In this document: positions 25,901 through 38,113 of the stretch, one piece after another
How the letters are laid out: the number at the start of each line of letters is the position of its first letter
Numbering within the stretch: the first letter of the stretch is position 1
Origin: Lingula anatina
Taxonomy: Eukaryota; Animalia; Brachiopoda
Assembly: GCA_051362555.1 (NCBI GenBank)
Contig: CM120645.1
Coordinates: 7,750,001 to 7,814,000 of the forward strand
Reading direction: 5' to 3'
Length of the DNA: 64,000 bases
The notes under the pieces: generated by a model
The model's database searches: none
What the model was told of the DNA's origin: nothing
The model's input: only the letters and a program-made list of their open reading frames with translations
Program-made: the position numbers and the translations under genes

Positions 25901-26321
25901 TATTAAGATGGACATTGTAATATTGCAGCTTGTCCTTCATGACGCGGTCATCTACAGGTTGATGCTTACTCTGTAGCCTGTAACTTGATCTTTTCAGTTC
26001 CTTCTGTGATTTGTCAAATACAGTTTGATACTCTGTTTCTGTTTCGACCGAAGGGAATTTTGCACTGGAGAAAACTTTGGTGGCTTTGTTTCTTCCTTTT
26101 AGAGAGTCTATCTTTGCTTGAGCTGTGTTGACTCTGTCGTTGATTACACGCAGTCTGTTGTGGTTTTCTGATACACGTGTACTGATTTTAGAAAAGACAT
26201 CATTGGCTACTTGATCCAGGTAGTCCAAGGCATCAGCAATTTGCTTGATTGTTTCCTCGCGCCGTAGATCAGGCGGGATTGTAGGAACGGTATACACCTG
26301 ATGAGTCATGTCTAACTTCAT
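22989..26321 (-). CDS. WASHC1: WASH complex subunit 1 (WASP and SCAR homolog, Arp2/3 nucleation-promoting factor), ~477 aa
   Basis: Exons 26321-25795 (WAHD: PDLRREETI.QIADAL.YL...ATKVFSSAKFP...SVSSLLLFNTTENP), 24958-24747 (YKKYVMLDPLG...PDLGEVPEI), 24241-23766 (poly-Pro, WH2 GRSSLMDAIRKAGGAGKAKLRSAKE), 23207-22989 (GDLMSSL...MRRKGISG...EDDDWD acidic tail). GT-AG junctions, phases consistent, 1434 nt. Confidence 0.97.
23370..23584. mobile_element. PIF/Harbinger-like MITE in the last WASH intron
   Basis: GAGCGCATTCCTAGAGATTTAGATCGATC / GATCAATCTAAAATCTGTGGGAATGGGGTC, with TAA on both flanks. Confidence 0.7.
24340..24735 (-). mobile_element. Degenerate Helentron-associated (HINE/DINE-1-like) element with two ~151-bp internal repeats, in a WASH intron
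   Basis: Minus strand begins ttatccccacactttgggga (5' subTIR hairpin), then a tgtc/tgtg-rich tract and ctcctcctagac, shared with ~43492-43503. tgttgcactaaaattc repeated at 24395 and 24546. Confidence 0.55.
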
Positions 26322-26759
26322 AGCTTACTTGGAAACAGCGATAGCAATGAACCTGAACATAATGTAAATTCAAATAATGTATCAAAAGCAGTGATCGCAC
26401 AAATCATACAACTTTGAATGTTTACAAACACTAAATCCCTTTTTTTGTATGTTTTAAGGTTCATTGACCTATCAAGGTGACAAGGTTGGGTGTGGCTAAC
26501 TTAACATACTAATGATGTCATGATGCATTATTTATACAATACTTTTGCAGTATTTCCCACCACCCTATAACTCTCTAATTTTCATGTTATTCAAATTTAA
26601 CCTATGTGGTGACTTTGATAAATCTCTCTGCTGTTCAACTAAGTTTTTATTTTTGCTAAAACTTCAGGCTCTTTGACCACTGAGATGAGAGCTAATTTTT
26701 ACCCCAACAATGGCTCCAGCCCTTGTAATATTTGGGTGGCATAAAGGTTTAAGTTAGAG

Positions 26760-26788
26760 CAGGGAATTATATTGGATACAATTCCCTG
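26760..26788. mobile_element. 29-bp CA...TG hairpin with 7-bp TSD (P/Galileo-type excision footprint)
   Basis: GTTAGAG-CAGGGAATTATATTGGATACAATTCCCTG-GTTAGAG. Confidence 0.6.
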
Positions 26789-27245
26789 GTTAGAGACATT
26801 GTTAAATTAGTAAACAAATTAACAAACTAATATCAAACTAAACATCAAATAGTTATATGCCTATGGTGGGGGGGATACTGTACTACAAAAGTGCCCATCA
26901 TTTTTTCCTGAAACTGAAAGTTAAAGATCAAAGTCATATTGTTGTAAATTATTAACAAATTTTTCTTACTCAATACCAAGCACTGAAATTGTCAGCCTTT
27001 ATCTGAATCTGAAATGGAAAAATTTAAGTTACTGACATTGGCATAAGAAGTACATGCACTGGGGAATTTACATGTAGGTCCTAAATTAGGGGGAGGATTC
27101 AGGCTTCAATACTGGAGTTAATAGCCAGTGTAACTTCACAAAAAACAAAATCTGCAGGCAATATCACTTCAATACATATCACAAGAAACATAAATTTTAT
27201 TTTAGGCCATTTAAACAAAATATACTCGAAGTCAACCGTACGTAC

Positions 27246-27595
27246 CATCAGTTTCTTGGTGATTTGTCAATTTCAGGAAAGAACAAGCACCTGATGTATA
27301 TATAAAGTTCATTATATGATATAAAGTTTAGTTGCGCATTCGTTAAATACTCTAAGACAAATAACATTATGCTTATATTCCAATCATAAAGATAAACAAA
27401 ATTTTTGATGTTCTTTTGCTATGATTTCAATTTGGATGCAATACACAACTAGCTACAAAAATTAATAAAAATTCGAAACTATTCCAATAGTTGCGCCGCG
27501 AAGTAAATGACCTATTTCGCTACATGGCTTGGTTTCAGGTGAGTCCAGCAGTGTTGTTCTCACACTGACGAAACGGTACAACTGAAAATACAACC
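27246..27595. promoter_or_regulatory. Bidirectional promoter between WASHC1 (non-coding exon 1 ending at 27246, minus) and the divergent gene
   Basis: Minus-strand donor gatg|gtacgt at 27245 and acceptor at 26353. TATATATAAAG at ~27297. CpG-richer GCGCCGCG at 27493. Plus-strand ATGs at 27507 and 27596. Confidence 0.6.
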
Positions 27596-30500
27596 ATGAA
27601 AAAGTCTAGATCGGCTTCGAATGACACGGGTCAAACAATGGCCGTTGCTGCCCAAGATATTGCTAAACGTTTACAAGAAAAGGACACCGTTATTCAAATT
27701 CAAGCGAAGAGAATACGCCACCTCGAAGAAGCTAATCAGAAGTTACAGCAAGAAAAGGACGGGTTGATTAGACAGTTGAAAGAAGTTCAAAACCTTGCTG
27801 TGCAAGCTACCGCTGTAGTTCTAGAAGACGGGATACCAGATTGGTGAGTTGAACGTGATATTTTGTTTTTCTTAGACCGTTCAATGTTTTATGTGGTAAC
27901 TTGGAGTCATACTGCCACTGGTTAAATTTGACATGAATGCACAGCGGGGAAATGAGCAGTACATTCCACCTGTAAAAGTTTGCCAGGTATAAAACAGTGT
28001 CATACCTGACATGAGACAACAAGTGATAACTTCAGCGGTTGAGGTTCATGTGTACATACCTGGTGTAATTTTATTTAATCTCTCATTTCAGCTTGGGCAA
28101 GTGATAAGCTTGTCCCATATATGGACAAAACTGTCAAAAACTTTAGCTTTCAGTTAATTGATCGAAATCAAAGCAAAGTAACCTTCATTTTCTGTCAGGG
28201 ATATATTTATAACATGTTTCAGATAAACATTTTAATGCCCTCATTTTTAATGTGTACACATATGTACTGTATATATTCACCATGTTAAGATCATTTTTCT
28301 TACATGCTCATTGCTGTGCAATAATAGCATGAACACATTCTTATTTCACCAGAACAGGAGCTTTTTCTGTGGAATCACAAAAAATTTTAAGATATTTAAT
28401 TAAGATCTGATGGGACCTATGATGGCATTGACCCCCAGCTATGTTTTATCCAATGATAAATGTTCATAGATAAAAATAAAAAAATAAATAAAAAACAGGC
28501 TTGTGTCTGATAGTGCTAGTAGTATACATCTTATACATAACCTTAATGAAATGCCTTTAAAGTAAGGTAAAGAGGTAACCCAGATAACTGTAAAATTCTC
28601 CTAGATATTTGCCAACAGAAGTATCTAGCACTATTATAGTAAATGTAAGACATCTAGCTAGGAGTGTAGTTCTATACTCCATGTACAGTTATTTGGAATA
28701 GAATAGAGGGTGACGTTGTGCCCAGCTAAGCTCAGGTGACATTAATTACCTCCATTGTTATAACACAAAAGAGGCATCCATATTAAGGGAGTGAGTCACT
28801 ATTGTATTATTTCGTGAAACTTATCGGGATATATTGCCCTTCCGTAGCCTTTTATGTATACATGCAGCATTTTTTATTCTTGTTTCATAGTTTCACTTTA
28901 TGCGAAAAAAAGAATTTTGTAAAGCTTTAGGAATGGAAATTTTGAGGATGAAACTACATTTTATTTTTATGGTTTTTCCATAACTATTTTCATTTTTGGT
29001 ATACATATATGATATATAAGTTTTGTATTAACTGTATGTAATGCTTGCTATATGACTCAGTTATCAAAAGAAAAATGCTGGCATTTCCCTTGTTCTTTGT
29101 CAACATTTTCTCTAGATCTACCTGTTGAATTAAATAATAATAATAATAATAACTGTTTCATGATTGTAATCATAATTCACAGTAATTCTCAAATAAGGGT
29201 ACCCTTGCAGTAGTAACCAGGAACTTCTTAACCGTCTAGAGCCATTGGAAATTGCTTGTTGCTTCAGCCAGGAAGTCTGAATGAAATCTGAAGGAAAGTC
29301 AATAACATATTTGGCCAAGCATGCAGCTATCTCACTGATAATCAGCTGCGCTTGGGGCTGTGTGTTTACAGGGACTGTGCACATCATATATCATGGAAGA
29401 TCGGTTGTAGTTAGAAATTTATATCAAACTTGGTTCTTTTCATCAAATATGCCCTTGTCACCTGTAGGTTTTAGAGTATGATCAAAACTCACTTCTATAA
29501 CCTGTTTAATATTGTCCCAATAGCACTTTAAGCTGACAGAAATTATAGCATTTGCTGGGTCCCCATCAGTGGGCATCACTAGCTAGAGGTCCAGGTTAGC
29601 CAAAGTTGGTCTATGAAAGTGATTGTTGGGATATGATTAGATAAATAGTTTTATCTTGATAATCAGTTAATCACCTATGAAAACTAACTACAACACACAG
29701 TTCAGTAACTTGAGCCTTGAAAATCCACGAGAATTGAATAAATAACAATAATTTTGATGCTGATTGTTTGTGTGTTGGGAGAGGGATCATTAACCTTAGA
29801 TACAAAATGATGTAGGTAGTACTAGCTGATGTCTCCTTGAACTATCTATATGTTATTGTATATAATTGAAAAGCTACCCACTGGGTTAAGAAATGTGCAT
29901 ACTTCGAATGTGATCCAGAGTGGAATTACATATTCTATTACCAGTGGGGGATATTATAGATACCAGTTTGTCAAAAATGTAATTGTCCATGTTGACCCCC
30001 AGCCAGTTGGTTATATCTAGTCTAGCTGTTCATTGCTGAGACTAAGTAGATTGACCTTTTGAAAAATGCATACACTAAGGGCTCATTTCCAATGAAACTA
30101 CTGTTCTACATAGATCGCTCCAACTTTGCAGGGACTCTGGCTGAATGTATTCAGATTAAAATGCCTCCTCCCTGTTTCAAAAATACCCATATACTTACAA
30201 TAATCTGTTTTTCTGTATTCTGTTCAATGCTAGGAGGAGGAGGTATGTTAATATGTTAATCTGATTGCATTCAGCATGAGTCCCTGCAGAGTTGGGTCCA
30301 TATATGTAGACTGGTTGTTTCATTGGAAATGAGCCCTTAATGTACCATGGGTTTGCCTTGAATGCCACACAACTTTGGTTTGGGCGGAAGACATTTACAA
30401 TAAAGTTCCTGGCATATTACCTGAACATTAAGATAATCTGATGACTGATGAAAAAAAGGAAAAAGAAAAAATGTAAACATTGGTACAAGATGAAAAAAGG

Positions 30501-31139
30501 AAAAAGAAAAAGAAAAATAGAAACATTAGTGTAAGATGAAAATAGGAAAAAGAAAAAGAAAAATAGAAACATTGGTACAAGATGAAAATAGGAAAAAGAA
30601 AAAGAAAAATAGAAACATGGGTGTAAGATGAAAAGAGGAAAAAGAAAAAGAAAAATAGAAACATTGGTGTAAGATGAGAGTTAGAAAAGGAAGTCGGGAT
30701 TTAAAGCTAAGGAATCAAAGCATATTGTATATTTTGCTTGATACTTATGGTTTCTCACATATATTCCCAGCATATTTTGTAACATCTGTTAATATCTAGG
30801 TGGTAAACATTTGGCTTTGGTTTAAAAGACATTTATCATTTGGGTGGTAAAAAAATTCCTGGAATATGTACATGTACAAAAGCTGTCTTTTCATGACAAT
30901 CTATTTGCAAAAAGACGATAAGGAAACAGGACATGGCTATCATATGGAAACGGAAATTTTCTCGAAGTTTTGCCACTGATAGATGAAAGAAGAAGGAAAA
31001 TGAATTTTACAAAAGTTGTCATTATTTACGATTGATTTTCTTAACTAATGCTAGATATATTTTGAATATAGCATTTCACAATGGAATGTTGTATTTGTTT
31101 TCACAGGTACCAAAGACTTAAAAGAGATGCGTCTCATAG
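27596..31139 (+). CDS. 5' coding exons of a large gene, probably IQ motif and Sec7 domain Arf-GEF (IQSEC/BRAG/schizo) N-terminal coiled coil
   Basis: Exon 27596-27843 (MKKSRS...LQEKDTVIQIQAKRIRHLEEANQKLQQEKDGLIRQL, tg|GTGAGT, phase 2) joins 33-nt exon 31107-31139 (cacag|g tac caa...ag|GTGAGT, WYQRLKRDASH). The coiled coil resembles IQSEC2/3 [29 protein letters not shown]. IQ, Sec7 and PH exons were not found in the window. Confidence 0.6.
30079..30336. mobile_element. PIF/Harbinger-like MITE
   Basis: Perfect 20-bp TIR GGGCTCATTTCCAATGAAAC / GTTTCATTGGAAATGAGCCC, further internal symmetry (tgcagggactc / gagtccctgca), TAA-like flanks. Confidence 0.85.
30447..30680. repeat. 46-bp purine-rich minisatellite, ~5 copies
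   Basis: gatgaaaataggaaaaagaaaaagaaaaatagaaacattggtgtaa units at 30489, 30535, 30581, 30627, partial at 30673, plus a shorter first unit at 30447. Confidence 0.9.
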
Positions 31140-31589
31140 GTGAGTAGGTGTGCACCCTCTAACCACCTTTCCCACTTAACACAGGTGTGAAGACAGAGCA
31201 GTACTACTACTTTAAAGAGTAAACATTTATTTATTTACATTTTAATTGACATGTATCTTTGATATGTTTGACTGCAAAAAGTGTACCTGAAAATATCGAG
31301 AACTTAAATGTTCCCATATGACTTCTATGTGAATATAACTCTGATCCTTAGCTTCTCATTCTTGGTTATGAAAATGAACTCAGTGGTTCTTTAGCAAGCA
31401 TTTTATTTGACCAAATGTTAACAAAAATGCCACCAGTGTATTTTTTAAAATATTTTTTTTGAAAACATGCAGAAAATCCCCATTGAAACCAGTATTAGCA
31501 ATTTCATGTACAACAACACAATAATCTATATTTAGTTCAGATTTTCCTGAGGCATAGTTTGTAAGTGTGTGTATGTGCGTGTGCTCACG

Positions 31590-31720
31590 ATCGATTACCT
31601 ATTGAACTAGCTGAGGGCACTTGTCGGGGGTTGGAGTAGGGTTCGATCACGCTGCTGTTGAGAGGGGTTTACTTGTAGAAACACAACCAATAACGTCTTC
31701 TTTACTAATATCTGTAATGT
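31590..31720 (+). mobile_element. Possible decayed tRNA-derived SINE head
   Basis: B-box-like GGTTCGATC at 31640-31648 in a locally GC-richer patch. No cloverleaf. Confidence 0.2.
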
Positions 31721-34047
31721 GACCAATGCATTATAACTGAATATATAATTTATATCAGGCTCTTTGAATTTACATCTATGTGTGAAGTGGTGATTTACCT
31801 AATCCTTTTGAGCAAAACTGCTAATTGCTAAAGTATCTAAAAAGGTAGATCTATCAAAAAGTTCTGATGAATTTCAAAAAGTTAGTGCATATTACTAGAT
31901 AGAAATCAGAATTGATTTTAAGACAAAAAATTGCTGAAATTCCAGAGAAAATATTGTATGTGTATGTGAGGTATTTCAGGTTTTATATCAACCCATAACC
32001 TGACTAATCTGGTCAAATATTTATTGGAAAATTAAGTTTTAGTGTTCTGATTTTATTTCTATTCCAATATGTATATTATGTATTATGTATGTTGAATTTG
32101 TCTTCATAATTTTATTGACATGTTTTACGCCCTTTCATATTTCATTTTCTGGTCATCAGTAAACCATATCTATATACTAGTGTCTGAGTAAGAATATAAG
32201 CACACTGAGATGTTATATCTATACTAATAGGCATCCAGGTACAGCCAGAAATACAGAGCATACTGGCAGCATCTATATCTACAGGTGTTTTTATTTATAC
32301 TGTGTATGTCAGGTGTCGAGATGTATGTAGATTGTTCATTTTCATACTGGTTCACATGTATTGACTGTGCCAAGATTTTGCTGATAACTAGTAAATAAAG
32401 TACGATAAAGGTACAAAATGTAGGAATGTACGAAAAAAAAGATGCACGAAAAAAGGTGAAAAAACATCCTGGGGATTACTACCAGCTGAGATTCTTGCAG
32501 AAGAGAGGAGGGAAAGTTATCTGATTTATGGTATCTCTAAATGAGCGAGGACAAATATAGCATGTTTTGTATGTACATAACCATAATCAAAATATATGCT
32601 ATCTAGGCCAAGAAAGATGTACAACTGTATTCCGTGATGTATCTCATTATGTTACGTAAATATAAGTTAAAGAATTTGTAAAGCAATTTGGGAGTCATCT
32701 TACTGTCTTAAAGTGAATGTGACTGAAAAAGGGGGTGAACAGGTATTTAGGACTGTCCTTCATAGCAAATCAACACATTCTCCACTCTCTGTTGCTTTCA
32801 GTCTCAGCATTCAACTGGTGGAATACATTGTAACCTGGCAGATAATGATACTGGCATTGTTCAGTTGTACCCTCATTGATTACAATTATGTATAGAGTCA
32901 CATGAGGATCATTCCACAGAATCTCCCCACCCTGTTGCATATTTACACCTTTGAAATCCTCATAAGTAACTCCTTTATTTCTGTTGATTTGAGTTTCCAT
33001 ACCCTTTTTTGATAGTATTGTAAAGGATGGGACATACCAGGTGTGTATACTAGTAGTTGTGAGGAGAAAACAAATGAAAGTCAAACTCAGTCCAACAGGC
33101 AGCCCTGTTTTAAAGAATGCTGTTCCATCTTGGTTTTTTTCAGTTTTTTGAAAATATGATTCATGTGAAACAGTCTGGCTGTCTGATGATGTCAGCTGGA
33201 CCATTTTGGTCACAGTATAACGTTTTTTGGATCTGTTACATTTTCTATAAGGTGTACCCTGAGAGGAATGTTGTTATGATTTGTTCTGTACACTACATTT
33301 CCATTATGCTGCTACTGGGTGAAAGTACCATTAAACTGTGATATGCAGGGTGGAAGGTGTTTATGAAGTATACCGTAGCTGATCATAGAAAATTTGAAAA
33401 GTTCTGGTCATTTGTCACCTGAATATTTGAAAACAATGACACTTTGCAGAATTGACTTTTAAAAATATAAATTATTGCAGAGGTCACTGAATATAATATA
33501 ACATTTTTTTGGAAGGATGGGTAGGATTAGTACAGTAGAATACCTTAAAACATAGGAAGATCAGATAATGATTATTCTCTACTGATCTGACATTTTTTAT
33601 AATAAACATACAGGAATAGGTTATTAGTTATCTATTAGCATCATATTTCATATACAGTACGATCAATATTCATCTAGATAGCAACATGTTTGAATAGCTG
33701 TCAATACCCATGTTTAGATGAGTGAATACCTATGGGCGGAATTTCATACTCTATCAACCAGGGGTCTTGAAAGCAATAAGATATGCCTAATACATATATT
33801 TGGTATTCACCTCATATTGGAGCCTATTTATGGGATTAGGACGTGTCAGTGAACAATAATACTGATCCCTGTAAGCTGGGCAGCGATGGGATCACTGATG
33901 TAACCATTTTGTGACTGTGGGAAAAGAGGATTTGTATTTGTAAATTTTGCAGTGGTTTTTATCATACAACTACAGCATGCAAATCAGTGGTTTAAATCTG
34001 ATTCATACAGCAAGAAAAAGTACAGTTTTCTTTTTGAATAATGTGTT

Positions 34048-34048
<1 letters not shown>

Positions 34049-34098
<50 letters not shown>
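34049..34098. repeat. (GA)n microsatellite
   Basis: Direct observation. Confidence 0.95.
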
Positions 34099-34101
<3 letters not shown>

Positions 34102-34949
34102 AAAATAAAATCCTGTGCCTTGGATATTACAGTAAAACTATTCTCATCTACTAGTTTATTTTTTCTGGCTGTAGAAAAGCTTTTTTAAAAATCTTAGAAA
34201 GCCCTAATGCATCATTGACATGAGGATTTAATCACATATACATGTTTTGTATTAAGTTATCATTGCTATACCTCATTAGACATTAGGTCAAACATTACTG
34301 CCTTCACCTAAGCCTAAGTAAATCCACCTGTTGTGGAAATTAAGAGAGAGAGTGGTGTAGATTTACTAGGTGTATACTAGTAAAATATTTATAGATTATT
34401 GCATTCTTTCCCTCCCACCTCTGATTATTTATATGAGGTGCTAATTAACCTGATTAATTTTCTTGAGCAGCTAAATTAAAAAACGGGAAGGCAGAGCATG
34501 ATACTTTTCAAAACACTTGTATTATTATATATTTGAACCTGAAACTGTATCGGCCAGGTATGAGATATCTTAGAAAGAGATACTGTGTTTTTCAAGTGTA
34601 TGTAAACACAATCATGCCAGTAAGTAAGATATGCTAAAGCAAATAAAGGGAGTGATAGTGTTATAATGTCAACAGTGAGTCACCTTTCATTGTCAACAGC
34701 TCTACCTTGTAATCAGGAAAGCATTTGCTTATAAAAGACAAATGCTGCCTTCTACATCTGTTGACTTGAATATGACACAATACATATAATATACTGTCTA
34801 TTTATCTATCAGACTTTCTCTTTCTCTTTTCCACACAGTGTCCACAGTATGCATGTAGGTAAAATGCACACTGTGCCTTTTCCCACATCAACTATTACAC
34901 ACAACCATGCATATGTATATATGTAGGTGTACAAGTTAAATTGTTTTAA

Positions 34950-35190
34950 ACCCTATCGGTCTAGGTAAATCGATCTAACCCTATAGGGACTCTCACTGTG
35001 TGTAATCAGCTTAACTGAATGACATGCCTCCTTTTGTTTTCAAGGTATTCACATAATTACCACCTTTTCTGTATTCTACTCAATGTCAGGATGAGGGGGG
35101 CATTCGATTAAGCTGAATACTCTCAGCAAGAGTCCCTGCAGAGTTGAATTGATCTGTGTAGACCGTTGGTGCTTATGGGAATGCAGCCCT
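34950..35190. mobile_element. Diverged copy of the 30079 Harbinger-like MITE family
   Basis: Shares agggactct...atgcctcc...tattct..tcaatg...gagtccctgcagagttg...tgtagac...gaatg.agccc with 30079-30336. Left end eroded. A left-end fragment of the same family lies at ~16247-16290. Confidence 0.7.
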
Positions 35191-37962
35191 AGGAAATCAA
35201 ACAGTCTTGTACTTATCACAGTACTCTTAAAAGAGTAAATCACACAGCAAATCTGAGCAAGTTTTCTGGTTATAATTGAACCATGGCTGTATGCAATCAG
35301 CTGTTATTATAGATACATTTATGAAATCGTGGAAAACAAACATAAAGGCTTTTAAAGAAATCTAATGATGATGTCAGCTTTCTGTGACAAATGAATTTAG
35401 GAAATGTGTGTTTTATGTCATCAATTTGTCCTCGCTTGATTGATATGCAGAAATAGGAAAATAAATAGCCACACATTTATCAGATTGATTGAGTCTAGGA
35501 CCTAGATTGAGCCAATAATGGCCATTTCCCCACTGGGACAAAGAAGACAAATTTATTAAGCCCTTACTTCCAATCTGTTATCATGTGATTGATGAAGAGT
35601 TCGGAAACTGAGCTGTGTTTCTGCCAGATTGTGGTTAACATGGATGAGTTGGTATTAAAACTGATCATGACAAAAAATTAAGAATATTGTAAGCTGACAC
35701 AGTTATAAAGCATGCTGTTTCATATCTTTTGGCTCAAGAGAACAGTGGAACAACCCATGATATGATATCATATTCCATTGTGAATATGCTTCTGCATTTT
35801 AAAAACATAATGGCTTCACACCTGTGATTTTGCACTTTACATGCTTATTATTTTTATTTCAATTGACATAAGTACAGAAAAAACTCCTGGAACCTTCAAA
35901 GTAACCCATACAAAACCACTCTAATCAGGTGCCATAACACATGTACAGCCCACAGCACTGTAACAAATAGAATTAGCACTACTCACAGAGAGTTGTACTT
36001 ATCTGGCGTGCACTTTGTTTTATCTCCGTGCAGTGTTAGATATGGCCGTGGTAAAGTAATTAACGTCTGCGTCTCTAACATGTAACATCCTTGCATATCA
36101 TCTTAACAGCGTTAACCTTCTGCAAATGCCAAGTTTTCCCCATCTGAAATAGTTTACATTTGTTGTGCTCTAGCCAAAGAGATGATTTACTGTGTTGTGG
36201 GTACTAGTATAGACATTGTATTAACAGTTTCTTTGTACCTGGTTGATTATTTTTGTTTGTTTCTAATACCTGCCAAAATACAGCAAGACTAAAACACGTT
36301 GAGATGGGTTTCTTGTTGTATCTTGATGGTGAAAATAAAACCATTGGCACTAAATCATTTTGCCTCATGGGTAAAAATACCAACCAGTAGTCTCTGTAGA
36401 TACAGTTTACTTTTTCTTTTAACCAGTGCTTGAAAGTTTTATGAATACATAAAGTCATCCAGCCACCAAGCAAGGGTCTACAAGACATGAATAATACAGT
36501 GATCTTTTTCTTAAACAGTAATTGCAACAGATTAGCCAATAACCAGGATTGTTTGTAATGGAAATGCTTCGTCAACTCAATTAATGTCTTGATGGATAAA
36601 GCCTGTGCAACAATTGAGTTAAAGATGGCAGCAAATGAAGGTATTATATGGGTTGTATTTACAGGTTTCCAGAGACAACTCTGAGCAGCATCCTGCGGGC
36701 AAGACTTGTTGACATCCAGATTAGATAAAATGGAATATTTTATATTCTCTTTGATTATTTATGATTGTTTGAAAATAAGTCTGTTATCAACAGCCTTTTT
36801 TAGGCTTAAGGACTCATTATGCTTTTTGTACTATCAAAGTAGTAAGTACTAGTAATTGAAATAATGGCAATGTGTACTGTTAGTAATAGATTCTTAGCAA
36901 TGTCCTTTCTATATTGATGCTTTTTCAAATTAACTGTTTCTTGTTTATTATAAAAAAATCATAGCTTTTCAAGTTAAAAAGGTTTACAACGTACCCATTG
37001 CATGTATATTTCACAATTCCAATACTAATTCATTCTACTACTTATATTTTCTTTGTTTTTCTTATTCACCCTTGATTGATCCCCCTTGCTATCACTGTTA
37101 TGTGTAAAAATAATATGCCATTTGTAACTTCCTGCAATGGAATTATGCACCTTTTGTTAAAATCTCATTTCTGAAATATGGTGTCCTACATGATCACACA
37201 GCATAAATCTCAATTCGTCAATAAGTTAAAGCTCGTTACAAATCACAGAAATATGCATTGTATCATCAGGGCATTCTTTATAACACTCTGTTAAAGCTCT
37301 TTGGGAAATTGGTTTCTAAAGTTAGATACCAGTGTAGTCAGGCAAGTCTCGTATTGTCCAATCTACATGATGCAGTCTGCGTAATTTGTAGTTGTTAGTC
37401 TAACGTGTAATTTACAACAGGTGTTATTGAATTTGAATTCATCACTTGGGGAATCTTGAAAAGTCACTCAGCAGTAGTTGATGATGAGACATTATTATAA
37501 TGTTTATTATTAATGTTTTATTCTAGTAGAATCAACACATGGACACAATGAAAAATCAATTAAAAGACTGGATGATATGACCCTGAATTTGTTACTTAAT
37601 AAGGTAAATAATTATAGTTGAATTAAAGATGACATGGGCTTGAATAAAACAGTTGGCCAGGTTTACATATCATACATGTCATTCGTGCCTTAAGTTCACA
37701 TTAAGAAAACCTGATTCATGCTGAAAAGCATGCATACATGAAAACATTCGCATACGCATGCACACCATATTGTCACTGCTTTCTTCTTAGATCCTTCTTT
37801 GTTACTGTAATGCACCCCATCTGAAAAATAAAGCAAATCTGATCAATACTCCCTGAGGCATTGATCAAAGTATTGGTTCCGTAACATGGAATGCTATCAT
37901 GTCAAGACCAACAAAATGATAATGAATGAGTATCCTATTCTTTAATGACAAAACTCATACAG

Positions 37963-38113
37963 GGCCCCGTAACTTGAAAGTATCGCGTATTGCGAACGAG
38001 CGCAAGCATCGCGATTCCATGTCTTGCCCATGCATACTGGCCCTATACAATACATTGTAGCCTCTATGTGATATCGTTATTCACAATACGCGATGCTTTT
38101 GAGTTACGGGGCC
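37963..38113. mobile_element. 151-bp PIF/Harbinger MITE with CAG TSD
   Basis: GGCCCCGTAACTTGAAAGTATCGCGTATTG / CAATACGCGATGCTTTTGAGTTACGGGGCC, with CAG at 37960-37962 and 38114-38116. Confidence 0.85.

Noticed and set aside
30428-30664. Phe-rich 78-aa ORF and other ORFs over microsatellites (18073, 51087-51554, 53818-54131, 58786)
   Set aside because: Low-complexity repeat translations with no splice or homology support.
37527-37603. Possible exon ESTHGHNEKSIKRLDDMTLNLLLNK
   Set aside because: The open frame needs phase-1 entry; phase-2 entry from 31139 hits TGA.
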